From NCBI GenBank assembly GCA_049320885.1, contig JBMORA010000017.1:1-64000 (forward strand): 64,000 nt of DNA. The letters run 5' to 3'. A program made the translations under genes and the position numbers. Each line of letters starts with the position of its first letter. The first letter of the stretch is position 1. This document shows positions 29,135 to 40,233 of the stretch, one piece after another. This stretch comes from Thermodesulfobacteriota bacterium (GTDB lineage: Bacteria; Desulfobacterota; Desulfobacteria; Desulfobacterales; SURF-7). A model generated the notes under the pieces. The model ran no database searches, had not been told where the DNA came from, and worked only from the letters and a program-made list of their open reading frames with translations.

Positions 29135-29629
29135 ATGAAAAGAACCAATCGATGGAAAAATTTAGGAATGACAGTCGTCGCCGCCGGTCTGCTGGCGGCG
29201 GCCGGCAATGCGGATTTGGCCGAGGCGGAGCTGATCATCTATCCGGCCAAAGGGCAAAGCGCCGAATTGCAAAAGAAGGATACCTACGAATGCCACCAAT
29301 GGGCGGTTGAGCAGTCCGGGTACGATCCGACCAGCCAGCAGCCGGAATCCCGGGAGGAAGACAAGGTCGATAAAAGTGCCGCGAGAAAAGGGGCGGCCCG
29401 GGGAGCGCTGATCGGTCTGGGCATCGGGTCATTGAGCGGGAATGCCGGAAAAGGCGCTGCCGCAGGCGCCGGAGTCGGGGTGATAGCCGGGAAAGCCCAG
29501 CAGCAGCAGCAGCGGCATGAACAAGAAAACGCTCAGAAAGAAGCGGAGAAAAAACAGCAGGAAAAGCTGGAACATTACAACAAGGCCAAATGCGCTTGCC
29601 TGGAAGGACGGGGATACACCGTTAAATAG
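29135..29629 (+). CDS. Glycine-zipper (YMGG-like) exported protein
   Basis: IYPAKGQS...ECHQWA, GAARGALIGLGIG, ACLEGRGYTVK. Confidence 0.85.
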   Translation: MKRTNRWKNLGMTVVAAGLLAAAGNADLAEAELIIYPAKGQSAELQKKDTYECHQWAVEQSGYDPTSQQPESREEDKVDKSAARKGAARGALIGLGIGSLSGNAGKGAAAGAGVGVIAGKAQQQQQRHEQENAQKEAEKKQQEKLEHYNKAKCACLEGRGYTVK

Positions 29630-29641
29630 CGAGGTGAACGG

Positions 29642-30262
29642 ATGAGGAACAACAGCAGGATTCTGGATGGAACCGCCGTGTGGCTTGTCATCGCTTGCCT
29701 GGTGGTGATGCCCGCCTGCACGAAAAAGACGGCCAAAAGCGCCGGTAAGGGCGCCGTGATCGGTGGGGTCGTCGGCGCTGTCGGCGGGTTGGTCACCGGG
29801 CTGGTTTTCGGCGGCAATCCCGCCGAAAGCGCCGCCCGGGGAGCGGTTTACGGGGCGAGCACCGGCGCCACGGCGGCGGCCATTTCCAGTGCCATGGAGG
29901 ATAGTGCCGGAAAGGAGCAGCAGGATGCGGAAATGGCAAAACTGAAGGAACGGATCGGTGAAGACGCCTTCAGCGGCTTGAAGGCCCTGGCCGAATGCAA
30001 GCATGAAGTGGCCCTTGCCTTTGCCCGGACGGCGGCGCAACGCAAAGAGGAAAATTACGCCCTGGCCGGATTGTGGCTGGAGGTGCTGACCTATGCCGAC
30101 AGCCGCCAGGAAAGCAAGGCCCGGGAGTTGTTCCCGGCCATTGTGGGAAAAGATCCCAAGATCGACTCGGAAGCCCAGGCCGAGGAAACCATGCGCAAGG
30201 CCTCCCAGAAACTGATGGATATCCGTGAATCCTATTCGTTGCCGAGAATCTGCGGTTCCTAG
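29642..30262 (+). CDS. Glycine-zipper lipoprotein
   Basis: MPAC lipobox-like; GAVIGGVVGAVGG...GAVYGASTG. Confidence 0.75.
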   Translation: MRNNSRILDGTAVWLVIACLVVMPACTKKTAKSAGKGAVIGGVVGAVGGLVTGLVFGGNPAESAARGAVYGASTGATAAAISSAMEDSAGKEQQDAEMAKLKERIGEDAFSGLKALAECKHEVALAFARTAAQRKEENYALAGLWLEVLTYADSRQESKARELFPAIVGKDPKIDSEAQAEETMRKASQKLMDIRESYSLPRICGS

Positions 30263-30319
30263 CCATTGGCAGCCCCCGATGTTGCAGGAGATCCGGTGAC
30301 CCTGCCGGGGGCGCTTCCT

Positions 30320-31795
30320 TCAGCGCGACCCCGCAAGAACGTGAAAACCCCATGCTGGAAGATCCACGAAAAGGCCCTGATCCGCCAGCTCATCCCCGTT
30401 CCGTTCGTAGACGGAAGACGTGAAAACGTCCTCGAAACGCCAGTGGCCGCCCCTCAGGTCATCCCAGGGGATCAGGACCAGGGCCTGTGACGGCATGGCG
30501 GAGAGATTCACCACCAGGAGGCGGCGGGTTGCCCCATGGGCCCAGGACCAGGCGACCAGGTTGCCGCAGCTTGGATTGTCCGGCCATCCCGTGCACCCGC
30601 AGAGCCGCCAGACACCGCGCTGGAAAACATCGCCTTGCAGGAACCCCAGGAGCCGATGGTAGAAAGCCACGGTTTCGGGAACCGGCGTTTCCTCCGGCCG
30701 CCTTGCCAGAAAGACCGGCAGCCGGACCCGCCGTCCTTCCAGCTGGCCTTCATGGACAAGCCGGGCGCCGGGGAGGGTCAGGGCGGTCACCGCCAAGGCC
30801 CGTTGCTTCAGGGGAGCGAAGGCGTCGGCAGCCCTGGGTTCGTCGTGGTTTTCGATGAACCGGACCAGCTTCTCCTGGTAGGGGGTGTCCGCGCATAGAT
30901 GCAGCCGCACGCTCTCCGCCGGTCCATGCTCCAACCGATCGTAGAGCCGTTTGTCATAGCAATAGTCGAATCCCTGCTGCTGAAGCTCCCATTCCAGGTC
31001 CCAGTAAGCCTCGGCAATGAAACGAAAATCCGGATACCGGTCCTTGACGCCGGAGATGATCGGGGGCCAGTATTCTTCCGCCGGGGGAGGCCCGGTCAGA
31101 AATCCCCAGGTTTTTTCAAAGACCGCATTCATCGGCAGCATGGCCATGTCGCAGCGGACCCCGTCGCATTGATGGCCGATTTCCATCAGGGTGGCCTTCA
31201 TGGCGGAGCGTAACCCGTCGTGAAAGGCATTCAGCTGGAGGACGTCGGGCCAGGCGGGAAAAAACGGGTCGCGGCCGCAGGCGAAAACAGTCCCGTCGAT
31301 CTTAAGGAACGAGTCCGGATCCTGCCGCAGGTGGTCCTTGTTTCCCTGGATGAAAAAGTCGGGATGCCGCTCAACCCAGGGATGATCGGGCGCGGCATGG
31401 TTGGGCACGAAATCGAGGATCAGCAGCAGGTCTCGCCGGGACAGGCGCCAGCGCGCCTCGGCCAGTCCGGCGGGTCCCCCCAGATGCGGGGCCACGGAAT
31501 AGCTACGAATGCAATAGGGCGAGCCGACATTGTCCGGTTCCGTGAAATCCGGCAGGGCCCGCCGGAAGTCAGCCAGCAGACTGTCATTGTCCATGGAAAT
31601 TTCGATGCCCCTGGGGCTGCGTTCCCAGACGCCCATGAGCCAGACGGCGTCAAATCCCATGGCGGCGATGCGGTCCCATTCGGCCTCGGGAACGGATGCC
31701 AGGGTGATGGGGCGACTTGCTTTCCGGCTGAGCTCGGCCAGCCAGACCCAGGTATTGATCTCGTAAATGAGCGGGTTTTTCGGCCAGGTTCCCAT
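30320..31795 (-). CDS. Alpha-amylase family (GH13) glycosidase
   Basis: IYEINT, LDFVPNH, DGVRCDMA, FIAEAYW, FIENHDE. Confidence 0.92.
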   Translation of the reverse strand: MGTWPKNPLIYEINTWVWLAELSRKASRPITLASVPEAEWDRIAAMGFDAVWLMGVWERSPRGIEISMDNDSLLADFRRALPDFTEPDNVGSPYCIRSYSVAPHLGGPAGLAEARWRLSRRDLLLILDFVPNHAAPDHPWVERHPDFFIQGNKDHLRQDPDSFLKIDGTVFACGRDPFFPAWPDVLQLNAFHDGLRSAMKATLMEIGHQCDGVRCDMAMLPMNAVFEKTWGFLTGPPPAEEYWPPIISGVKDRYPDFRFIAEAYWDLEWELQQQGFDYCYDKRLYDRLEHGPAESVRLHLCADTPYQEKLVRFIENHDEPRAADAFAPLKQRALAVTALTLPGARLVHEGQLEGRRVRLPVFLARRPEETPVPETVAFYHRLLGFLQGDVFQRGVWRLCGCTGWPDNPSCGNLVAWSWAHGATRRLLVVNLSAMPSQALVLIPWDDLRGGHWRFEDVFTSSVYERNGDELADQGLFVDLPAWGFHVLAGSR

Positions 31796-31828
31796 GAACA
31801 GCCTCCTTTCCATGTCCGTTTGGATGCA

Positions 31829-34800
31829 TCAGCGTTTCAGAAACTCCTCGATCTTGACCGCATCGATCTGTCGCGGCTGCAGAAATTTTTCCGCATAGGT
31901 CCGGTAAACCCCGCTGGTCAGAAACAAATCGAACAGGTCGGCGTCGATATGCCGGTCGTTGCGCATGAAACTCATGATCCGCAGGGATTCACTCAGGGTC
32001 TTGGCTTTTTTGTAGGGCCGGTCCGAGGCGGTCAGGGCTTCGAAAATGTCGGCAATGGCCATGATGCGGGCCGATACGGACATGTCCTCTTTTTTCAGCC
32101 GGCGCGGGTAACCGGTGCCGATCATGGTTTCGTGGTGAGCGCCGGCAACCTCCGCCACGTTCTCCAGGTAGACGGGGAAGGGCAGCCGCTTGAGCATCAG
32201 GATGGTCTGGATCATATGCTCGTTGATCTTGAAGCGTTCTTCCTCCGTCAAGGTTCCCCGCCGGATGGACAGATTATACACTTCGCCGAGATCATACAGA
32301 TGCGCGGGCACGGTCATCTGGAAACCGAAGGGGTTGCCTTCAAACGGATCGGCTTTCAGGCGCGGGATGACATGTTCGGGTTTGTCGGCCAGCAGGAACT
32401 CCGAAACCGGGAGTTGCCCGGCCGGGACCCGGTTCTTCCGTTCCGCTTCTTCCTGGGAAATACCGATGCGGTCATCCAGATGGCGCCGCCATTTCCGGGA
32501 GCCGATCGCTTTCAGGCGCTCGATTTCGTCGTCCCCCATGAATTCCCCGCCGACATTGCATTCGGCGACAAACGCATAATCCTCCATGATCGCCCGGCGC
32601 TTCTCGCGCAGCTGCTGTTCCAGCAGGCGCTCATCCGTCTGGCCGAGAAGCCGTTTCTGGTAGTAGTCGATTTCCGCGTCCCGCAGCAGCACTTCGAAGC
32701 GCATGCGGATTTCATGAATGCGATTGTAAATGGTTTCGAGTTTCGTGGCTTTATCCACCACATATTCCGGCGTGGTCACCTTGCCGCAGTCGTGGAGCCA
32801 TGCGGCCACCCGGAATTCCCGCCATTGGTCTTCCGTATGCAGCCGGAAATCGGCGAAGGGGCCTTCCGCGGCGCCGTGGGCGGCCCGGGCCAGCATCACG
32901 GCGATTTCGGGCACCCGGGCGCAGTGTCCGCCCGTATACGGGGATTTGGCGTCGATGGCGCCGGCCATCAATCGAATGAAGGCGTCGAACAGTTTCCGCT
33001 GCTCATCCAGGAGTTTCTTGTTGTGCAGGGCCACCGCCGCCTGGGCCGCCAGGGCCTCCACAAACCCCACGATTTCGCTGTCGAAGGCCGTGATGTCGCC
33101 GGTTTCAGCCTTGCGGGCGTTGTACACCTGCATGACGCCGATGGTTTTGCCCTCCCTGGGCTTGAGGGGCACCGTCAGGAAGGTATCGCAGGCCGTGCCG
33201 GCAGCCGCATCCATCCGGCAGGTTTCGGCCAGTCGAAACCGGTTTTCGGTTGCGACGTCGTTGATGACCACCGTCGCGCCGGTCCACACCACGTGGCTTT
33301 CCACGCGGTCATGGTTCTCGGCGCCGCTTTCCGGGTGATACAGGGGGATGCCGGCGATACTTTCGCCGGATTCGCCCCCCGCCGCAGGTTTCAAGATCTC
33401 CCGGGAGGCGGTGCGCATGATCTCGAAGCGCAGGACATCGGCCTCGTCCCGGGTGTACAACGTGCCGCCGTCCGCGTTGGAAAGCTCCTTGGCGGCGTCG
33501 AAAATCAGCTTGAGCAGCTTGTCCATGTCATCCTCGGCGGAAAGGGCGATGCCGCTCTGCACGAGTTTTTCGAGTTTTTTCTGGGTGGCGATCAGCGCGT
33601 CGGTGCGGGCCCGGATGGTGGCCTTCATGATCAGGAAGGCCTGGATGTGGGCATGGATCTCCTTGATCATGGAATCGAAGGGCGCCGATTCGGAAAAATC
33701 GAATTGTTGAATCTTCTCGGATTCTTTTTCCAGCAACACCAGGGAACGGGAAATTTTTCTGGACAGCCAGAAGGCCAGCGGCAGCGCCAATATCAGCAAA
33801 AGGCCGGCAAAAATCGCCGTTCGAATCTGCATCCGCTTTATAAACGCGGTGAAATCCGACAGCGGCGCCACGTTGCCCAGGATCAGATCGAATTTCAAGG
33901 CCGCATCCATGGCGGACAGGTGTACCAGGTGCGGGGCGCCGTTGATATCCACGATGGCGGCGCGCCGGAACAGGTCCTGCCGCCGTTCCTGATACGATCC
34001 GACAATCGCCCGGACCAGCGGGTCCTTCGATTCCGCAGCCTTCGCGAAGTCCAGCGATTCAGTGGCTCGCCCATCGACGGCGCTCACGGTTTTGACCGGC
34101 GCTTCCTTCGGGTGGGCGATCAGCCGTCCCTTTCGATCGAACAGGAACAAGGCGCCGTTTTCCGAAACCCGTTGTCTTTTCAGTGAAAGGGCGAAGCGCT
34201 CCAGGGTGATATCCGCGCCGAAAACCCCCGGGCCGAAATGCAGTTTCCTCGCACAGGTGATTCCGGGAGCTCGCGAGGATTGGAATACATAGGGTTCCGT
34301 GTATATGGCGGTGTCCGATTCGAGCGCCTTTTTGTACCAGGGCCTGGTGGCGGGCGTGAGATCCGGCTCCAGTTCATCCCGGCTACCCACCACCTTCCCG
34401 GAGCGATCCAGGAACCGCCAGTGCTGGCGGAGTTGTCCGCTCCCGTCGCGGGTGATCGCCCGGACGATATGGGCAGTATTCCCGGGCGCGCCATAGCGAT
34501 CCTGGATGTCCGCACGTCCCCGGGGAGCGATGACCTGTAAAAAACCGCCGTCGTCGTATCCGGTGTACAGCGAAAACAGATATTCGTAATGCTCCAGGGC
34601 CTTGAGCATCAGTGGCAGCCCTGGATGGGACAACCCGTCATGGGTCGGTGCCGTCGCCATGCCGGGCATCAGCGCCGCCGATCCGGCCAGAACGGACACG
34701 GATCCCAGGGCATGCCGGTACCGCTCCATGACTTTTTCGTTGATCTCGGCGAACAGCCGGTCCGCCGTGGCGATGGCGGCGGCAGTGCTTTCCCGGTAGC

Positions 34801-34909
34801 TGATCCAGAAAAACAGGCCGGTCATGGAAAGGACAATCGATAACACCAGTGACGTAAGACCCACATAAAACGGGAATTTTCGATTGGTCAGATCAAGCCG
34901 CATGCGCAC
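31829..34909 (-). CDS. Membrane-anchored HD-GYP phosphodiesterase (Cache, HAMP, GAF, HD-GYP)
   Basis: Two TMs flanking a Cache domain (RPWY...YTEPYVF), GAF, LHDCGK, HHETMIGTGYP, ADIFEALT. Confidence 0.92.
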   Translation of the reverse strand: MRMRLDLTNRKFPFYVGLTSLVLSIVLSMTGLFFWISYRESTAAAIATADRLFAEINEKVMERYRHALGSVSVLAGSAALMPGMATAPTHDGLSHPGLPLMLKALEHYEYLFSLYTGYDDGGFLQVIAPRGRADIQDRYGAPGNTAHIVRAITRDGSGQLRQHWRFLDRSGKVVGSRDELEPDLTPATRPWYKKALESDTAIYTEPYVFQSSRAPGITCARKLHFGPGVFGADITLERFALSLKRQRVSENGALFLFDRKGRLIAHPKEAPVKTVSAVDGRATESLDFAKAAESKDPLVRAIVGSYQERRQDLFRRAAIVDINGAPHLVHLSAMDAALKFDLILGNVAPLSDFTAFIKRMQIRTAIFAGLLLILALPLAFWLSRKISRSLVLLEKESEKIQQFDFSESAPFDSMIKEIHAHIQAFLIMKATIRARTDALIATQKKLEKLVQSGIALSAEDDMDKLLKLIFDAAKELSNADGGTLYTRDEADVLRFEIMRTASREILKPAAGGESGESIAGIPLYHPESGAENHDRVESHVVWTGATVVINDVATENRFRLAETCRMDAAAGTACDTFLTVPLKPREGKTIGVMQVYNARKAETGDITAFDSEIVGFVEALAAQAAVALHNKKLLDEQRKLFDAFIRLMAGAIDAKSPYTGGHCARVPEIAVMLARAAHGAAEGPFADFRLHTEDQWREFRVAAWLHDCGKVTTPEYVVDKATKLETIYNRIHEIRMRFEVLLRDAEIDYYQKRLLGQTDERLLEQQLREKRRAIMEDYAFVAECNVGGEFMGDDEIERLKAIGSRKWRRHLDDRIGISQEEAERKNRVPAGQLPVSEFLLADKPEHVIPRLKADPFEGNPFGFQMTVPAHLYDLGEVYNLSIRRGTLTEEERFKINEHMIQTILMLKRLPFPVYLENVAEVAGAHHETMIGTGYPRRLKKEDMSVSARIMAIADIFEALTASDRPYKKAKTLSESLRIMSFMRNDRHIDADLFDLFLTSGVYRTYAEKFLQPRQIDAVKIEEFLKR

Positions 34910-34966
34910 TCCGGCAACGATGAGGATCGAGTTGATATGGAAAAATCAGGCGCCATCCGGATGGCT

Positions 34967-35647
34967 TCAATGTTTTTTCCGAATGTTGTCGCCCGATCCC
35001 GCCTGCTGGCCGACCAGGCGGGCGATCAATACGGCCAGGTAGAGCTGCCCCAGGATCGCCTCCAGCACGGCCAGGTTCCGGGACGGCACGGTCACCGGCG
35101 TGATATCGCCGTAACCGAGGGTGCTCAGGGTGACAAAGCTGAAATAACCGAAATGGGACAGCCGCGCCCGTGGCGACAGCAGCGCGAACCGGCCGGCTTC
35201 CATGCCGGGGCCTGAAAACGAGCCGGGCGCAAGCGTTTCCAGGATGGCGTAAACGTCCGCCCACATCAGGCCGATAAAAAAATAGGCGCAGACGGCTCCG
35301 GCGATGGTTTCCCGGGTGACGGTTGGCGACGAAAAGACTTGCGCCAGAATCATGCCGGTTATCAGCAGAATGAATACGAGATCCAGGCTGTTGGCAAGCA
35401 CGAAAAGGCGATTCCCCGGCGCCCAGTGGGAAGCCCAGAGGGCCAGCCCGGCGAGCAGGGCCAGCCCGGCGCAGGCGGTCAACAGTTTCCGGTTCCCGCC
35501 GGCGCTGGGAATGGCGGCGATGAGAATGGACGTTACGGCGATATCGGTCAATAAAGTCCGGTTGAAAAACGGCATCACCGCCATGAAAACCAGCAGAATC
35601 ATCAGCAGCGACTGAAAGCGGTAGTTCAACAGAACTTTTCCATCCAT
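34967..35647 (-). CDS. Potassium channel family protein (Ion_trans_2)
   Basis: YFSFVTLSTLGYGDITP selectivity filter; start taken at MDGKVLL. Confidence 0.9.
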   Translation of the reverse strand: MDGKVLLNYRFQSLLMILLVFMAVMPFFNRTLLTDIAVTSILIAAIPSAGGNRKLLTACAGLALLAGLALWASHWAPGNRLFVLANSLDLVFILLITGMILAQVFSSPTVTRETIAGAVCAYFFIGLMWADVYAILETLAPGSFSGPGMEAGRFALLSPRARLSHFGYFSFVTLSTLGYGDITPVTVPSRNLAVLEAILGQLYLAVLIARLVGQQAGSGDNIRKKH

Positions 35648-36050
35648 GAGGGGCCTGCTTTTTTCAATGAAAGTAACAATTTCCTTGGGGGGGAGTATAT
35701 TTTTATCCGCTTCCGATGTCAACCATCCATTCCCGGCCATCCATTCCCCGCCCCTGGCTTCGCGGGAAATACGTCTGATTTCATGGCGAATTGCAGTGAG
35801 AATCCATTCAATCGAAGGGATAGGAATTTCCCGGGAGTTGTCGACATTAGAAAAATGCGGCTTGATACTTTCCGGCATTGCTGGTATTCATGGGCTTTCA
35901 AATCCATACACGCATGAACCGTTCGGGAGCCGTGAACACCATGGTCAGGGTGTTCTTTCTGTGCCGGAAGCCATTTTCAGATCGGCGGTCATTTTTTCCC
36001 CGCAAGTCGCTTTTTGCAAAAAACCAGGCTGTTTGCGTAAAGGAGGGATC

Positions 36051-38783
36051 ATGGCGAAACAGGAAATCATCGATGTCGCGGAGCAAAAACGGTTAAACGA
36101 AGCGCGCGAGGCGGGAATCCCATGGAAAAAATGGGGCCCCTACCTCAGCGAAAGACAGTGGGGCACGGTCCGTGAGGACTACAGCGAAAACGGCGACGCC
36201 TGGAATTACTTCACCCATGACCAGTCGCGCTCGCGGGCCTACCGCTGGGGGGAGGACGGGCTCGGCGGGATCTGCGACGACAAACAGCGATTGTGTTTCG
36301 CCCTGGCCTTATGGAACGGAAACGACCCGATCCTGAAGGAGCGCCTCTTCGGACTCACCAACAGCGAGGCGAACCACGGCGAGGATGTCAAGGAGTATTA
36401 CTTCTACATCGACAGCACTCCCACCCACTCCTACATGAAGTATCTCTACAAATACCCGCAGCGGGAGTTCCCTTACCGCGACCTGATCGAAACCAACGGG
36501 CGACGGTCGCGGGAGGAATTGGAGTACGAACTCCTCGATACCGGCGTTTTTGACGACGACAGATACTTTGACGTATTCGTGGAGTATGCCAAGGAGGGCC
36601 CGGAAGATATCCTCATCCGCGTCACGGTTCACAACCGCGGTCCGGAAGCGGCCGGGATTCGGCTGCTGCCGACGCTGTGGTTCCGGAACACCTGGTCGGC
36701 GGATGAAAAGCATCGAAAACCGATGCTCCGGGAGGCGCGACCAGGTTCGATACAGGCTTCCCACCAGGATCTGGGGGATTATTTCCTGCATTGCGACGGA
36801 GACCCGGAATTGTTATTCACGGAAAACGAGACCAACGCGCTGCGGCTCTGGGGCCAGCCCAACGCTTCTCCCTTCGTCAAGGACGCCTTTCACGATTATG
36901 TCATTTCCGGCCGCGCCGAGGCGGTGAATACCGCCAAGACGGGAACCAAGGCGGCCGCCCACTATGCCCTGGAAGTTCCCGGCGGAGGCAGCCGGACGGT
37001 CCGCTTGCGGCTCTCCGCCGCTCCGGCGGGCAATACTTTCAAGGACTTTGAGAAGATCTTCAAAAACCGGATCGCCGATGCCGATGAATTCTTCGAACGG
37101 ATAACGCCCAACTCGCTGAATGAAGATCAGCGCCGGGTGCATCGCCAGGCCCTGGCGGGAATGCTGTGGAGCAAACAGTTCTATTACTTCGATTTGGAGC
37201 TCTGGCTGCGTGAGCACAAAAGCCATCCGCTGCTCGAATCCGCCCGTCCGGGAGTGCGGAACACGGAATGGTTCCATATGCTCAATGCCGATGTGATTTC
37301 CATGCCGGACAAGTGGGAGTATCCGTGGTACGCAGCCTGGGATCTGGCCTTTCACACCATCGCCCTGTCCCTGGTGGATTTCGATTTCGCCAAGGAGCAG
37401 CTGTTGTTGATGCTGCGCAGTCTCTATTTCCATCCCAGCGGGCAGATTCCGGCTTACGAGTGGAACTTCAGCGACGTGAATCCCCCGGTGCACGCCTGGG
37501 CCACGCTTTACCTGTATAAATATGAGCTGTCGCTGGGACGGGCGGACCTGCGCTTCCTGGAGCGGTCGTTTCAGGGGCTCATGCTGAACTTCAACTGGTG
37601 GGTGAACCGGAAGGACCCCGCCGGGCGCAACGTCTTCGCCGGCGGCTTTTTGGGCCTGGACAACATCGGCGTCTTCGACCGGAGCGCCCAGCTTCCCACC
37701 GGCGGCACCCTGGAACAGGCCGACGGTACGGCCTGGATGGCCTTCTACTGCCAGTGCATGCTGGAAATGGCCCTGATCCTGACCGAATACGATACGATGT
37801 ACGAGGAAGTCGCCTTCAAGTTCGTTCAGCATTTCATGTGGATTTCCTACGCCATGGATCGTATCGGCGAACATCACGATGAAATGTGGGATGAGGAAGA
37901 CGGCTTTTTTTACGATCTGTTGCGGCTTCCGGACGGGCAGTCCATGCGCCTGAAAATCCGGTCGATGGTGGGGTTGCTGCCCCTGTGCGCGGCCACGGTA
38001 TTCGAGGCGGAGGCCGTGACGCGGTTTCCCAGGCTGATGGAAATGATGCAGCTGTTCCGCAAACGTCACCCCGAGCTGGTTGCCCATGTGGCCCCCACCG
38101 AGGCGGGCTTCATCGGATACAAAGGCCGGCGGCTGTTGTCGATCCTCAACAAGAAAAAGCTGGAACGGGTGCTGGCCTACCTCCTGGACGAAAACGAATT
38201 TCTGGGGCCTTACGGCATCCGTTCCCTCTCGCGCCATCACCTGGATCATCCCTTCACCTTCCGGGTGGGGCATGAGGAGTACAAGGTCCAGTACCTGCCG
38301 GCGGAATCCAATACCGGGATGTTCGGCGGCAACTCCAACTGGCGGGGCCCGGTGTGGATGCCGGTCAATACCCTGATCGTCCGGGGGTTGTTGAACTTGT
38401 ACAGCTTCTACGGCGACGAATTCACGGTTCAATGCCCCACCGGCTCCGGCCGATACAAGACGCTGTTCGAGGTGGCCAAGGAGATTGTCGACCGGCTGGC
38501 GGGTATTTTCCTGCGCGATGCGAAGGGGCAGCGGCCGGTATACGGAGGGACGGACAAGTTCCAGAAAGATCCCCATTGGCGCGACCTGATCCTGTTTTAT
38601 GAATACTTCCACGGTGACAACGGCGCGGGGCTGGGAGCCAGCCATCAGACGGGGTGGACCGGTCTGATGGCGCCCCTGCTGGACTTTTTCGGCCGTATCG
38701 ACTCCGGAACCCTGCTGGAGAGCGAGCGCGGGCGGCTGGTGGACCGGATCGTCAGGGAGCAGGTGGGAGGAGAGCCGGTGTAG
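36051..38783 (+). CDS. MGH1-like glycoside hydrolase (GH63-type glucosidase)
   Basis: [59 protein letters not shown] before ATG 36051. Confidence 0.92.
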   Translation: MAKQEIIDVAEQKRLNEAREAGIPWKKWGPYLSERQWGTVREDYSENGDAWNYFTHDQSRSRAYRWGEDGLGGICDDKQRLCFALALWNGNDPILKERLFGLTNSEANHGEDVKEYYFYIDSTPTHSYMKYLYKYPQREFPYRDLIETNGRRSREELEYELLDTGVFDDDRYFDVFVEYAKEGPEDILIRVTVHNRGPEAAGIRLLPTLWFRNTWSADEKHRKPMLREARPGSIQASHQDLGDYFLHCDGDPELLFTENETNALRLWGQPNASPFVKDAFHDYVISGRAEAVNTAKTGTKAAAHYALEVPGGGSRTVRLRLSAAPAGNTFKDFEKIFKNRIADADEFFERITPNSLNEDQRRVHRQALAGMLWSKQFYYFDLELWLREHKSHPLLESARPGVRNTEWFHMLNADVISMPDKWEYPWYAAWDLAFHTIALSLVDFDFAKEQLLLMLRSLYFHPSGQIPAYEWNFSDVNPPVHAWATLYLYKYELSLGRADLRFLERSFQGLMLNFNWWVNRKDPAGRNVFAGGFLGLDNIGVFDRSAQLPTGGTLEQADGTAWMAFYCQCMLEMALILTEYDTMYEEVAFKFVQHFMWISYAMDRIGEHHDEMWDEEDGFFYDLLRLPDGQSMRLKIRSMVGLLPLCAATVFEAEAVTRFPRLMEMMQLFRKRHPELVAHVAPTEAGFIGYKGRRLLSILNKKKLERVLAYLLDENEFLGPYGIRSLSRHHLDHPFTFRVGHEEYKVQYLPAESNTGMFGGNSNWRGPVWMPVNTLIVRGLLNLYSFYGDEFTVQCPTGSGRYKTLFEVAKEIVDRLAGIFLRDAKGQRPVYGGTDKFQKDPHWRDLILFYEYFHGDNGAGLGASHQTGWTGLMAPLLDFFGRIDSGTLLESERGRLVDRIVREQVGGEPV

Positions 38784-38905
38784 CTGCCGAATATCGAATG
38801 CCGAAACAGATTGTTGCCTTTTGGGTCTTCGTTTTCACCCTGGTGGCGACGGGAGAAAGAGAGGCCGCTCGTGTTGTGACGATTCCCACCGGTTAGGCGA
38901 AAAAC

Positions 38906-40063
38906 GTGTATTGCATTAATTTCATCAGCATGTTGCTTGTTATCGGCGGACTAATCGGTCCCGGACGGGCGGAGGCCATGGACTCTCTCAACGGGACTGA
39001 AAAGCCGTCCAAGTTTTGGTCGGGGGAGGATGATTGGCTGGATGTCAGCGAATTCCTGGACGAAAAATACGGGTTTCTGCCGGTGGTTGTGCCCATCACG
39101 GAGCCGGCGGTGGGGTACGGCGGCGCCGGCGGATTGTTGTTCATCAGCAAGCCGCTGGGCAACGTCCGGACAGGATATGAACGCCCCGACCTGACGTTCG
39201 TCGGCGGGGCGGCCACCGAGAACGGCACCCGCGGGGTTGCGGCCGGCGACATGCGCTACTGGATGGACGGTCGGATTCAGTCCCTGGCCGGAGTTGTCTG
39301 CGCCTCCGTGAATCTCGACTTTCACGGTATCGGCGAAGACGGCCGCCTGAATGACCATCCATTGGGCTACACCCTGGAACCCAAAGGCGGCGGGGTGCAG
39401 GGAAAATACCGGATGGGAAATTCACGCCTGTGGCTGGGCCTCAGCTATGTCTACGCCGTCACGAACGTATCCTTCGATGAGCCTGAAAGACCCGGACTGC
39501 CGGAATTCGAGCGCGATTCCGATGTGGGCGGGGTGACGCCTTCCCTGACCTTCGACACCCGCGACAATATCTTTACCCCGAGCTGCGGGACTTATGTGGA
39601 GGCGTCGCTGGGGCTCTTCGGTGCGGCCCTGGGCAGTGACGACTCGTTTCAGCGCGCTCGGCTCATCGCCATGCAATTCATCCCCCTGGGAAAACAGCTT
39701 TTCCTCGGCATCCGCGGCGAGGCGGGGGCCAGTTTCAACGATGCGCCGTTTTACCTGCGGCCGTTCATTTACCTGCGCGGGGCGCCGATCATGCGCTATC
39801 AGGGCGAGGAGGCCGCGCAAATCGAGGCGGAGCTGCGCTGGCAATTCTGGAAGCGATTCAGTCTCGTGGGTTTCTCGGGCTGCGGAGCGGCATGGAACGA
39901 TTTCGAACGAGTTGAATCAGCCCAGTCCATTGTGACCGGAGGGGCCGGCCTGCGCTATGAAATCGCGCGCCAATACGGACTGCATATGGGGTTTGACGTG
40001 GCCTTCGCGCCGGAAAACACCGCTTTCTATATCCAGGTCGGCAGTGCCTGGGCCCGGCCCTAG
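38906..40063 (+). CDS. Omp85/BamA-TamA-like beta-barrel with no evident POTRA domains
   Basis: PITEPAVGYG, FDTRDNIFTPS, LRG..RYQG, GAGLRY, FYIQVGSAW. Confidence 0.8.
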   Translation: MYCINFISMLLVIGGLIGPGRAEAMDSLNGTEKPSKFWSGEDDWLDVSEFLDEKYGFLPVVVPITEPAVGYGGAGGLLFISKPLGNVRTGYERPDLTFVGGAATENGTRGVAAGDMRYWMDGRIQSLAGVVCASVNLDFHGIGEDGRLNDHPLGYTLEPKGGGVQGKYRMGNSRLWLGLSYVYAVTNVSFDEPERPGLPEFERDSDVGGVTPSLTFDTRDNIFTPSCGTYVEASLGLFGAALGSDDSFQRARLIAMQFIPLGKQLFLGIRGEAGASFNDAPFYLRPFIYLRGAPIMRYQGEEAAQIEAELRWQFWKRFSLVGFSGCGAAWNDFERVESAQSIVTGGAGLRYEIARQYGLHMGFDVAFAPENTAFYIQVGSAWARP

Positions 40064-40233
40064 CTCCGGATGGCATGGACCGTAGCGGATGGATCGGGCT
40101 AAGGCGGGGTTGCGGACCATTCCGCGGCCGGGCGGAAGGGGAATGGAAACGCGGCCAAGTTTTTCATTGATTTTAGTTACGTTTATGAATATGGTTCCGG
40201 ATGGTTGAATAACGATAGGGAGAGGAATCCTGT

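Noticed and set aside
31220..34186. 988-aa plus-strand ORF
   Set aside because: Antisense shadow of the HD-GYP and GH13 genes.
35646..36050. Long N-terminal extensions of the GH63 and K+ channel ORFs overlapping head-to-head
   Set aside because: A better start with an SD exists at 36051 and the channel's membrane region begins near 35647; the region reads as a divergent promoter.
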